This document shows, piece by piece, positions 1 to 7,803 of a stretch of DNA of 32,000 bases. The notes beneath the pieces are model-generated. The model saw only the letters and a program-made list of their open reading frames with translations. It was not told where the DNA came from and did no database searches. The position numbers and the translations under genes were made by a program. The first letter of the stretch is position 1. Every line of letters begins with the position of its first letter. This DNA is from Mariprofundus ferrinatatus (lineage in GTDB: Bacteria > Pseudomonadota > Zetaproteobacteria > Mariprofundales > Mariprofundaceae), in the NCBI RefSeq assembly GCF_002795825.1, contig NZ_CP018800.1, positions 2,264,213 to 2,296,212 of the forward strand, written 5' to 3'.

Positions 1-527
1 AGCGTTCCGGAGTTCGCCGGTTGATTCAGCTCCGCATAGACAAGTTCGTGCAGGCCGAAATTGATGCGCTCATCTCTTGCATCAAGGATATGCCCAACCC
101 CCTGCAACTGGTCCGGGTGGATGAAATCCTGCCGCATGAGGGCTGTCATCACGATTGAGGAGTCGACAGCTCCCTCCAGCCGCTCAACTGGCTTAACCAC
201 TATGTGCGGAGCAAGCTTCACCACTCTCAGCCCACCAGGGCGTCCGCCATCGAACCATATCTCGCTGCCGGGGTAGATCAGATCCGGATTGGTGATATAC
301 AGGTTGCGCTCCCATATTTTCAGCCATTTCCATGGGTCTTTGAAAAAGTGGTCGGCGATATCCCAAAGGGTATCCCCTTTCTTTACGATATAGGGCTGCG
401 GCACATTCGGCTTGAGATCACTGGCCGTGACCACCTCATTCACCACAAGCTCATCTGCCTGAACAGCGGCAGGTGATGCATATATGCTGAACAGCGCGAC
501 GATCAGGATTACCGGACTAAATTTCAT
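1..527 (-). CDS. LysM domain-containing secreted protein (partial; C-terminus lies beyond window start)
   Basis: Absent from the ORF track because it runs off the window edge. Minus-strand ATG at 527-525 follows GGAGG (tgtGGAGGcagttATG). My translation starts MKFSPVILIVALFSIYASPAAVQA (signal peptide) and continues ...PYIVKKGDTLWDIADHFFKDPWKWLKIWERNLYITNPDLIYPGSEI, a LysM-type motif. The frame stays open to position 1. Confidence 0.75.
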   Translation of the reverse strand, partial: MKFSPVILIVALFSIYASPAAVQADELVVNEVVTASDLKPNVPQPYIVKKGDTLWDIADHFFKDPWKWLKIWERNLYITNPDLIYPGSEIWFDGGRPGGLRVVKLAPHIVVKPVERLEGAVDSSIVMTALMRQDFIHPDQLQGVGHILDARDERINFGLHELVYAELNQPANSGT

Positions 528-589
528 AACTGCCTCCACACTGTTGCCGTAACTGTACCTGCATGTTCTCTGGTTGATCCGGCGAAATT

Positions 590-1204
590 CTACGCATTCG
601 GACTGGCCTTGCGCTTTTCGCCAAGGGCCGGTTCGCTACCATCAATCAGCCTGCGAATGTTGCCAGCGTGCTTTATTGCCACCAGTGAAGCAAAAAGAAG
701 CCCAACTATCAATGCCGGGATTGAACCGCCTGTAATCCAGATGAGCAGCGGCAGTGCCACTGCACCTCCTATTGAGGCCAGTGACACATACCTGAACCGC
801 CAGATCAGCAGAGCAAAAATTATAACGCCAAGCAGCGATGCAAGCGGCTGCCATGGCAACATAGCCCCCAACATTGTGGCAACGCCTTTACCCCCTTTGA
901 ACTTCAGATAGACCGGGAACACATGGCCAACAAAACTTGCAGCCGCTATCGCAGCTATCCACGCCTCGGGCAATTCCAAGGCAACCGCAATGGCGACCGG
1001 AACAAGGCTTTTGGCAATATCGGCCAGCAGCGTCAGAATGCCCACCAGCTTCCCGCCGGTGCGCATGGCATTGGTGGCCCCGATATTGCCACTGCCGTAC
1101 TCTCGCGGATCGCGTTTTGCCAACAACTTGCTCAGCAGCAGCCCAAAGGGCACTGCTCCAAGCAGGTAAGCCGCAATAACTGAAAGGGAAAGGTTTAGGC
1201 TCAA
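590..1204 (-). CDS. plsY: Glycerol-3-phosphate acyltransferase PlsY
   Basis: 204 aa polytopic membrane protein with the PlsY signature GSGNIGATNAMR and FKGGKG. Its start overlaps the upstream gene stop by 4 nt (1201-1204). Confidence 0.93.
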   Translation of the reverse strand: MSLNLSLSVIAAYLLGAVPFGLLLSKLLAKRDPREYGSGNIGATNAMRTGGKLVGILTLLADIAKSLVPVAIAVALELPEAWIAAIAAASFVGHVFPVYLKFKGGKGVATMLGAMLPWQPLASLLGVIIFALLIWRFRYVSLASIGGAVALPLLIWITGGSIPALIVGLLFASLVAIKHAGNIRRLIDGSEPALGEKRKASPNA

Positions 1205-2160
1205 ACGCCGCCCTTACGATAACGCGTACGCATATCATCCAGATCATGCTGAATCGTTTCGGCACGGTTGCCGCAAATATAACTCGGCAATACCTGCTCA
1301 AGGGGTGCGGCCTTACCGAAAATGGCCGGGAACGGCTCATCGCCTTCAACCACGTTATCGCGCCCCAGAAGCACCAGCTGATCGCGGGTAATCGGCGGTG
1401 TCGGCAACACCGAGGTAAACGCAGCCATCAGGAATGCCGCCACTCCGGGCACTGGAATCAGGGTGCGCTTGATGCCAAGCTCCTTAAGCATCAGCTCCAG
1501 CAGCTCCCGGAAGGTGTAGCTTGCAGGACCGCCCAGTTCGAAGGTGCAGCCTGCAACATGGCTGTTACCGATCGAAGCCACAAAGGCACGCGCCACATCC
1601 TCTACCCACACCGGCTGGAAGCGGGTTTCGCCTGAAATCACCGGCAACACCGGCAACATCTGGCTCATCGCCTTGAACTTATTGAAGAAGGAGTCACCCG
1701 CTCCGTAGATAATCGAGGGGCGGAAAATTGTGTAATTCAGACCTGACGCGGCCACCAGCGCTTCCGCTTCAGCCTTGGTGCCGGCGTATTTGCTCCCCTC
1801 CACCTGACCTGCCCCAAGCGCGCTCATATGAAGCAGCTGTTTTACGCCCGCGCTCCTGCACGCCTCCAGCACGTGGCCTGCACCTTTTGTATGCGCTGCT
1901 TCAAAATTCTGCCGCCCCTTCTCAAACAGAAGTCCGACCAGATTGATGACCACATCGACGCCTGCAACAGCCTCGGCAAGGCCGCTGCCATCGGTCACAT
2001 CCACACGTGCCAGACGAACCCCCTTGACCAACTGATCCCGAGCCCTGGCCGGATGACGACAGGCTACTGTCACCTGATGCCCTGCTGCTACCGCCTGACG
2101 TGCAATAGCGCGACCCACAAAGCCGCTGCCACCGATAATACATACGCGCTTTCCCATCAT
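1201..2160 (-). CDS. NAD(P)H-binding, complex I NDUFA9-like / atypical SDR epimerase-dehydratase family protein
   Basis: 319 aa with an N-terminal Rossmann motif (VCIIGGSGFVGRAIA). Length and layout are typical of NDUFA9-like NAD-dependent epimerase/dehydratase family proteins. Translationally coupled to plsY. Confidence 0.8.
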   Translation of the reverse strand: MMGKRVCIIGGSGFVGRAIARQAVAAGHQVTVACRHPARARDQLVKGVRLARVDVTDGSGLAEAVAGVDVVINLVGLLFEKGRQNFEAAHTKGAGHVLEACRSAGVKQLLHMSALGAGQVEGSKYAGTKAEAEALVAASGLNYTIFRPSIIYGAGDSFFNKFKAMSQMLPVLPVISGETRFQPVWVEDVARAFVASIGNSHVAGCTFELGGPASYTFRELLELMLKELGIKRTLIPVPGVAAFLMAAFTSVLPTPPITRDQLVLLGRDNVVEGDEPFPAIFGKAAPLEQVLPSYICGNRAETIQHDLDDMRTRYRKGGV

Positions 2161-2355
2161 CCTCTCCTCTGTGAAGTTGTTTACAGTGGTAAGTATGAGC
2201 CTGACGCAGATTAGGTCAATGCGTCCGCAGGTATGGAATCGCTTCCCAGCTGCAAATATTTTGCTAAGCTAGGATTCACGGATAGGAGGGCATGTCATGC
2301 GCCGCAACCACGATCACTTGGCCACAAGGCTTCTGAGACAGTATTGATCCTAGAA

Positions 2356-4113
2356 ATGCCTGATATCGACAGTATTCGCAACCTCCCGGAGGCACTGTTT
2401 CGCACTACCGATGTTGCGGCTGCACGCCCCGCGCAGTGGTATCGCAAAAATGGAGAGTACCTGCCGATCACCTATGCCCAGCTGACCACAAGAGTACGCC
2501 GTGTTGCTTCAGGGCTGATGAGCGCCGGCATCAACCCCGGAGACCGAATCGGTCTGCTGATGGAGAACCGGCCGGAGTGGGCGGTGGTCGATTACGCTAT
2601 CCTCGCCATCGGTGCTGTGACTGTTCCGCTCTACTGCACCTACCGGCCACAGGATATTGCCTATGTTCTGGAGGATTCCGGCACCACTATGGCTCTCACC
2701 TCTGGCGGCCACCTGCTGCGCGACCTGAAAAAAGCGGCCTCCGAATGCCCTGCCCTGAAACGCATCTATGCCGTTGATGAGGACGGCGATGGCAAGCTTG
2801 TACACAACCTGACCAAGCTTGAGGGCGGCGATGTTGACGAAGAGCGGCTGAACAGGCGGCTGACCAGAATCGAGCGGGAGCAGCTGGCGACGATTGTTTA
2901 CACCTCCGGCACCACAGCCAACCCGAAGGGTGTCATGCTCACGCATGGCAATATCCTCACCAACCTTGAAACAGTCCCCAATGTCATCGAGCTGCTACGC
3001 GAAGAGCGTATGCTCTCGTTTCTGCCGCTTGCGCATACGCTGGAGCGAACCGCCAGCCACTTTCTCCCCTACACCTACGGCATATCGGTCGCGTTTGCCG
3101 AGAGACCGGACACCGTCGCCAAAAACATGGCTGAAGCCAGGCCGACTATTATGGTGGCAGTTCCACGTATGCTGGAGGTGGTGCGCAGCCGCATCCTGGG
3201 GCAGATCGCAAAACAGTCGCCACTTAAGCAGAAACTGTTCAACACCTATTTCGACCTGGCCTGCAAAAAGAGCTGCGGCCCTGTAGAGGGGTGGATGCTG
3301 AAGCTGCTGGATAAACTCGTGGGCGAGAAGATCCGCGCACGCTTTGGCGGCAGGATGCGCGTAATGGTTTCCGGTGGAGCACCTCTTAATCCGGAGGTCG
3401 CTCTATTTTTCGAAGCACTGAAACTGCCGGTACTGGAGGGTTACGGCCTTACCGAATCAGCCCCGCTGCTCTCCGCCAACCCGATGCATGACCGGCGCAT
3501 CGGCTCAGTCGGCCTGCCAGGTAAGGGGGTAGAGATCAAAATTGCCGAGGACGGCGAAATCATTGCCCGCGGAAACAACATCATGCCCGGCTACTGGAAA
3601 AACAGAAAGGCGACCAAAGAGGCGCTGATCGATGGCTGGCTGCATACCGGCGATGTCGGCGAGTTCGACAAGGATGGATACCTCAGGATCACCGACCGCA
3701 AGAAAGACATCATCGTCAATTCGGGTGGTGAGAATATTGCCCCGCAACGCATCGAAGGGTTACTGGTGACACATGAAGAGATTGATCAGGTCGTGGTTTA
3801 TGGCGACCAGAAACCCTATCTCGTTGCGCTTCTCGTTCCCAATCAGGAGGCATGTGTTGCATGGGCCAGAGAGCAGGGCCTGCCCGAAACCGACTGGGAT
3901 CAACTCTGCGATTCGGGCATTCTGAAGAAGCACCTGCAGATGCGCATCAGCAACATGCTGAAACCGCTCAATTCCTTCGAGCAGGTGCGCCGTATTCACC
4001 TGCTGCACAAACCCTTCACCATCGAATCGGGGCTTATGACCCCGACCATGAAGATCAAGCGACGCAAGGTCTATGAAATGTATCGCAAGGTTCTCGAAGC
4101 ACTTTATGCTTAG
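2356..4113 (+). CDS. Long-chain fatty-acid--CoA ligase (AMP-dependent synthetase/ligase)
   Basis: Adenylate-forming motifs are present: YTSGTTANPKGVMLTHGN, GYGLTE, GWLHTGDVG, RKKDIIVNSGGENIAP. The track ORF starts at 2233. I prefer the ATG at 2356 (MPDIDSIRNLPEALF...) because homologues start a few residues before the NLPxLF segment. The start is uncertain, with 2233 as the alternative. Confidence 0.85.
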   Translation: MPDIDSIRNLPEALFRTTDVAAARPAQWYRKNGEYLPITYAQLTTRVRRVASGLMSAGINPGDRIGLLMENRPEWAVVDYAILAIGAVTVPLYCTYRPQDIAYVLEDSGTTMALTSGGHLLRDLKKAASECPALKRIYAVDEDGDGKLVHNLTKLEGGDVDEERLNRRLTRIEREQLATIVYTSGTTANPKGVMLTHGNILTNLETVPNVIELLREERMLSFLPLAHTLERTASHFLPYTYGISVAFAERPDTVAKNMAEARPTIMVAVPRMLEVVRSRILGQIAKQSPLKQKLFNTYFDLACKKSCGPVEGWMLKLLDKLVGEKIRARFGGRMRVMVSGGAPLNPEVALFFEALKLPVLEGYGLTESAPLLSANPMHDRRIGSVGLPGKGVEIKIAEDGEIIARGNNIMPGYWKNRKATKEALIDGWLHTGDVGEFDKDGYLRITDRKKDIIVNSGGENIAPQRIEGLLVTHEEIDQVVVYGDQKPYLVALLVPNQEACVAWAREQGLPETDWDQLCDSGILKKHLQMRISNMLKPLNSFEQVRRIHLLHKPFTIESGLMTPTMKIKRRKVYEMYRKVLEALYA

Positions 4114-4324
4114 TAATCTGCGCGCCGAAACCGCATGCATTCGCCTCCGCTGCATAGCTTTGAGGGCATCATCGCAACCTCCACCCATGGCAGAGAGCTG
4201 CTCTAGCTTTTTGATATACCCAAGTCATACTTTTGCCATTGCAGGCAGAAAAGCAGGTTAGCGAAATAACCTTGTTATGATGAATCATCCAACAAACCGT
4301 TCAACGCCTCATGGGGAGGGTCGA

Positions 4325-5587
4325 ATGCAAGATATGGAATCAAAACCGCAGCCGACACTGATCATTGGCGGCGGTCATGGCGGAACCGAGTTCCTTAAGC
4401 TGCTTTTAGATGTGCCGCTGTATGATATTATTGGCATTGCAGATATTAATGCTGATGCCCCGGCCTTTAAGATAGCCGAAAAGTTCAATATCCCTATTTA
4501 CCATGATGCCGAAGAGGCATTGAACGCATGCCGCCCGTGTACTGCTTTTAATTTTACAAATAATGAAACCATCTCGGAAGCTGCAGCGGCAATCATAGGG
4601 CCAAGCAGCATCATCGGGGGTCATGAGGCGTACCTGATCTGGAAGATGGCCATCCAGATGCAGGATGTACGAAACAGCCTTGAAAAAAGCATGCTCCTGA
4701 CCGAGGCAATAGTATCCAGTGCACTGGAGGGGATCATTGTCATTGATTCCAAAGGAATCGTTAAGGTTTTCAACCCTGCAGCAGAGAGGCTTTTCGGCTT
4801 CAGCCAGGCAGAGGTTATCGGCAGTAATATCAACATGCTGATGGCGGAGCCGGACAGGAGTGCACACGATAGCTACATTGAACGCTACCTGTCGACGCGA
4901 TCGGCCCATGTTGTTGGCATTGAACGCGAAGTTGATGCCATGCATAAAAACGGGCGCATTTTTCCCATCTCACTCTCTGTGAGTGAGATGGTTTCAGAAA
5001 GTGAGAATGAGAATTTATTTGTCGGCATTGTGGCTGACATTTCCGAGCGCAAGAAGAATGAAGCATCGATGAAAAAGCTGGTCCACTTCGATCCGCTCAC
5101 AGGGCTTGCCAACAGGACACTTTACTACGACCGACTCAGCAGTGCGATGGCACAGGCCAAGAGACAGAAACAAGAGGTGGCCACACTCTTTCTGGACCTT
5201 GATGGCTTCAAAGCCGTAAACGACACACATGGCCATGAGATCGGCGACCTGTTACTCAGGGAGGTCGCCTGTCGACTGCTTCGGTCCACACGCGAAGTCG
5301 ATACTGTTGCTCGCTTCGGTGGCGATGAATTTGCCTTCGTTCTTGTCGATGTGAAAGGCAGGGAAAATGTAACCGCCATTGTCGACAAGCTGATCACTCT
5401 GATTTCTGAACCATACAAGCTCAATGACCATAAATGCATTATTGGCGGAAGCATTGGCATCTCCATCTACCCGGAAGATAGTGAGGATATGTCGGATCTC
5501 ATTAATCAGGCGGATTCAGCGATGTATGCCGTTAAAAAAAGCGGCAAGAATGCTTTCAGGTTTTATGACAAGAGCATGTCCTATTAG
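4325..5587 (+). CDS. Cytoplasmic diguanylate cyclase: Rossmann-like N-domain + PAS + GGDEF
   Basis: The GGDEF active site is intact (ARFGGDEFAFVL) and an RxxD I-site (REVD) sits 5 residues upstream. A PAS domain is present (IIVIDSKGIVKVFNPAAERLFGF...). No TM segment. Start placed at ATG 4325 because GGGGAGGG lies 5-7 nt upstream. The track start 4277 is the in-frame alternative. Confidence 0.9.
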   Translation: MQDMESKPQPTLIIGGGHGGTEFLKLLLDVPLYDIIGIADINADAPAFKIAEKFNIPIYHDAEEALNACRPCTAFNFTNNETISEAAAAIIGPSSIIGGHEAYLIWKMAIQMQDVRNSLEKSMLLTEAIVSSALEGIIVIDSKGIVKVFNPAAERLFGFSQAEVIGSNINMLMAEPDRSAHDSYIERYLSTRSAHVVGIEREVDAMHKNGRIFPISLSVSEMVSESENENLFVGIVADISERKKNEASMKKLVHFDPLTGLANRTLYYDRLSSAMAQAKRQKQEVATLFLDLDGFKAVNDTHGHEIGDLLLREVACRLLRSTREVDTVARFGGDEFAFVLVDVKGRENVTAIVDKLITLISEPYKLNDHKCIIGGSIGISIYPEDSEDMSDLINQADSAMYAVKKSGKNAFRFYDKSMSY

Positions 5588-5843
5588 AGGAGTTCTCTAA
5601 AGCAGCGCATCCTCTGAACGCCGTACGCCCCAGCGTTATCGACAGCAACAAGACTCGAACCCAGTCGAAAGAAGGGGCTCAACGAAGACGAAAGACAGAT
5701 GCGACAGTTTGCCATATTGTCTGATAAACCCCTTGCGATAATATTCTGGCGAAGTCGGGCACGGAGGACGGTCTAAGCCAAGCCGGCCTTCGTGTTCGCA
5801 CAAACCTCTATAGTGATTTCTTCCAGAGTATTGATCTGACTTC

Positions 5844-5876
5844 TAGCCCGGCCTCACTCATGCCGGGCTATTTTGT
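5844..5876 (+). terminator. Rho-independent terminator (plus-strand sense; hairpin also sits 8 nt past the gltA stop)
   Basis: A 9-bp stem TAGCCCGGC (5844-5852) pairs with GCCGGGCTA (5862-5870) around a 9-nt loop, followed by TTTTGT on the plus strand. On the minus strand the hairpin is followed by GAAGTC with no U-tract, so it is not a strong terminator for gltA. Confidence 0.6.
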
Positions 5877-5883
5877 CTGGTGG

Positions 5884-7176
5884 TCAGGAGTGCGGCTTCT
5901 CCACATGGCGCAGGGTCGGCCCTACATAGAGCTGGCGCGGGCGATCAATGCCGTGGGCGGTGTCGCCCTTAAGTTCCAGCCAATGACTTACCCAGCCTGA
6001 AGTGCGCGCCACGGCAAAGAGGGCGGTGAACATGCGGCGGGGGAATCCCATGGCGCTGAGCAGGATACCGGAATAGAAGTCGACATTCGGATAAAGCTTC
6101 TTCTCGATGAAGTACTCATCACTCAACGCCACGCGCTCCAGTTCCAGCGCAATCGCCAGCAGCGGATCATTCTCCTTGTTCAGGTGCTTCAGTACCGATT
6201 TGGTCATGTCACGGATAATTGCTGAACGGGGATCGTGATTTTTATAAACGCGGTGACCAAAACCCATCAGGCGGAACGGATCATTGCGATCCTTGGCGCG
6301 CTTGATGGCATTGGGAATGTTTTCGATCGAGCCGATCTGCTCGAGCATATTCAGCACTGCCTCGTTGGCGCCGCCATGCGCAGGGCCCCACAGCGTAGCA
6401 ATGCCGGATGCGATACAGGCAAACGGGTTGGCGCCTGAAGATGCGGCCATGCGGACAGTTGATGTTGAAGCATTCTGTTCGTGGTCAGCGTGAAGCGTCA
6501 GGATCAGGTCGAGGGCTCTGGCAATGACCGGATCGACCTCATATGGCTCGTTGGGCTTGCCGAACATCATCTGCAACAGGTTGCTGGCGTAATCCAGGCG
6601 ATTGTCAGGATAGCGGGCTGGGCGACCGATACTGTAGGTGTAACAGGAAGCGGCAATTGTCGGCATCTTGGCAAACAGGCGAATCGCCGCCTTCATCTGC
6701 TGCTCCGGCTTGCTGTAGTCCTGCAGATCCTGGTAAAAGGCAGAAAGCGCCCCCACCACGCCCACCATCACCGCCATCGGATGGGCATCGCGGCGAAAAC
6801 CCCTGTAGAAGCTGAGTACCTGTTCATGCAACAGGTTATGGTCATGGATGATACGATTAAATGCATCAAGGTCAGAGGCATCCGGAAGTTCGCCATGCAA
6901 CAGAAGGTGGGTGACCTGCGTAAAACTGCAGTGGGCGGCGAGCTCTTCGATCGGATATCCCCTGTAGCGAAGAATACCCTTATCGCCGTCAATGTAGGTA
7001 ATTGCACTTCTGCACGATGCGGTTGATTTAAATCCGGGATCGAAGGTAAGCAGCCCATGGCCACTGTAAAGCTGGCGAACATCGACAGCCGACGGTCCTT
7101 CGCTCCCCTCAAGAACAGGAAGGCGGCCAGTGGCCGCCTCTCCGCTTAACTTAAATTCTAATTCGTGTTCACTCAT
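5884..7176 (-). CDS. gltA: Citrate synthase (type II)
   Basis: Carries the citrate synthase signature [13 protein letters not shown] and aligns full-length in layout to E. coli GltA. The track start at 7215 is a TTG with no SD. ATG 7176 ([13 protein letters not shown]...) matches the N-terminal length of the E. coli protein. Confidence 0.93.
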   Translation of the reverse strand: MSEHELEFKLSGEAATGRLPVLEGSEGPSAVDVRQLYSGHGLLTFDPGFKSTASCRSAITYIDGDKGILRYRGYPIEELAAHCSFTQVTHLLLHGELPDASDLDAFNRIIHDHNLLHEQVLSFYRGFRRDAHPMAVMVGVVGALSAFYQDLQDYSKPEQQMKAAIRLFAKMPTIAASCYTYSIGRPARYPDNRLDYASNLLQMMFGKPNEPYEVDPVIARALDLILTLHADHEQNASTSTVRMAASSGANPFACIASGIATLWGPAHGGANEAVLNMLEQIGSIENIPNAIKRAKDRNDPFRLMGFGHRVYKNHDPRSAIIRDMTKSVLKHLNKENDPLLAIALELERVALSDEYFIEKKLYPNVDFYSGILLSAMGFPRRMFTALFAVARTSGWVSHWLELKGDTAHGIDRPRQLYVGPTLRHVEKPHS

Positions 7177-7276
7177 ATTGGGCTCGAGTATGACGGAAGC
7201 CGCCCTGCTTTCCAAATTCGAGAGGAATTAATTCTTCTTTCATAACAGGGCAGCCACCATCGACGAAGGTCACCTC

Positions 7277-7456
7277 TTAGTTGCCAGAGCTCTCTTCGTA
7301 ACTCTCCTCAGCAGCCTCTGCATCGCCTGCTGCACCATCATCAATGACAATGCTCTCTTCAATCTGCTCGGAAGCCTCATCAGCGTAAGCAGCAATGGGC
7401 TGTGCCGCCAGCGCCAGGCCGGAAAGCATCAGTGTGGTCAAAATGATTTTGTTCAT
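7277..7456 (-). CDS. Small secreted, highly acidic protein (59 aa), hypothetical
   Basis: Below the 60-aa track cutoff. The ATG at 7456-7454 follows AAGGAGA (caAGGAGAattcATG). Translation: MNKIILTTLMLSGLALAAQPIAAYA|DEASEQIEESIVIDDGAAGDAEAAEESYEESSGN*. It has a signal peptide with an AYA-D cleavage motif. The mature 34 aa contain 13 D/E and no K/R/H. Confidence 0.55.
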   Translation of the reverse strand: MNKIILTTLMLSGLALAAQPIAAYADEASEQIEESIVIDDGAAGDAEAAEESYEESSGN

Positions 7457-7492
7457 GAATTCTCCTTGTTTTGTGTTGCGTGATTCTCTTTC

Positions 7493-7666
7493 TTATCTGT
7501 CGAGCGAAGATTCAAAGTGATTCGTAATGTCCGAGAAATCATCTGCATCCCAGTAGTCCCAGCTGTCGAAATCGTCGCTCTCTTTACCGGATTTCCCCGC
7601 CCTGCTCTTCTCGTCCAGATCCTGTCGATCTTTTGTGTTGTGCAAACGGTGCTTTTTGTTTCTCAT
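7493..7666 (-). CDS. Small charged protein (57 aa), hypothetical
   Basis: Lies inside track ORF 7493..7684. The internal ATG at 7666-7664 follows AGGAGGG (atcAGGAGGGcaaATG). Translation: MRNKKHRLHNTKDRQDLDEKSRAGKSGKESDDFDSWDYWDADDFSDITNHFESSLDR, with a basic N-half and an acidic/aromatic C-half. I recognise no family. Confidence 0.5.
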   Translation of the reverse strand: MRNKKHRLHNTKDRQDLDEKSRAGKSGKESDDFDSWDYWDADDFSDITNHFESSLDR

Positions 7667-7768
7667 TTGCCCTCCTGATTTCATACTTCATCAGTTCTCA
7701 CTCACCATTTGAGGATTGTCGATGGCGGAATGATCTTCAGTTATTAGGTTGCGAGTAAATCAAATAAT

Positions 7769-7787
7769 CTTGATCACGGTGATCAAG
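7769..7787. promoter_or_regulatory. Perfect 19-bp palindrome (9-1-9), candidate operator in the lysR / small-ORF divergent region
   Basis: CTTGATCAC-G-GTGATCAAG checked base by base, centred on 7778. It contains two TGATCA/GATC elements. Its 3' arm runs into the lysR SD (AAGGAGAGG), 16 nt from the lysR ATG. Confidence 0.5.
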
Positions 7788-7803
7788 GAGAGGTGGTCCA
7801 TTT

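Noticed and set aside
61-476. Track ORFs 61..276 and 204..476 on the plus strand
   Set aside because: Both lie antisense to the SD-preceded LysM protein gene, which reads cleanly from 527 to the window edge.
4277-5587. Impression that the two c-di-GMP sensor genes (also 23308-25566) are AT-rich islands suggesting horizontal transfer
   Set aside because: Spot counts of 60-nt segments gave 27/60 and 26/60 G+C in the sensor genes, against 26/60 in a sampled rpoB segment. That shows no clear compositional difference, and I cannot run a proper sliding-window or codon-usage analysis here.
5650-5670. tRNA-like T-arm fragment (minus-strand GGGTTCGAGTC) that might mark a tRNA remnant or integration att site
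   Set aside because: The flanking bases do not form a T-stem, acceptor stem or CCA end. No integrase or direct repeat is nearby.
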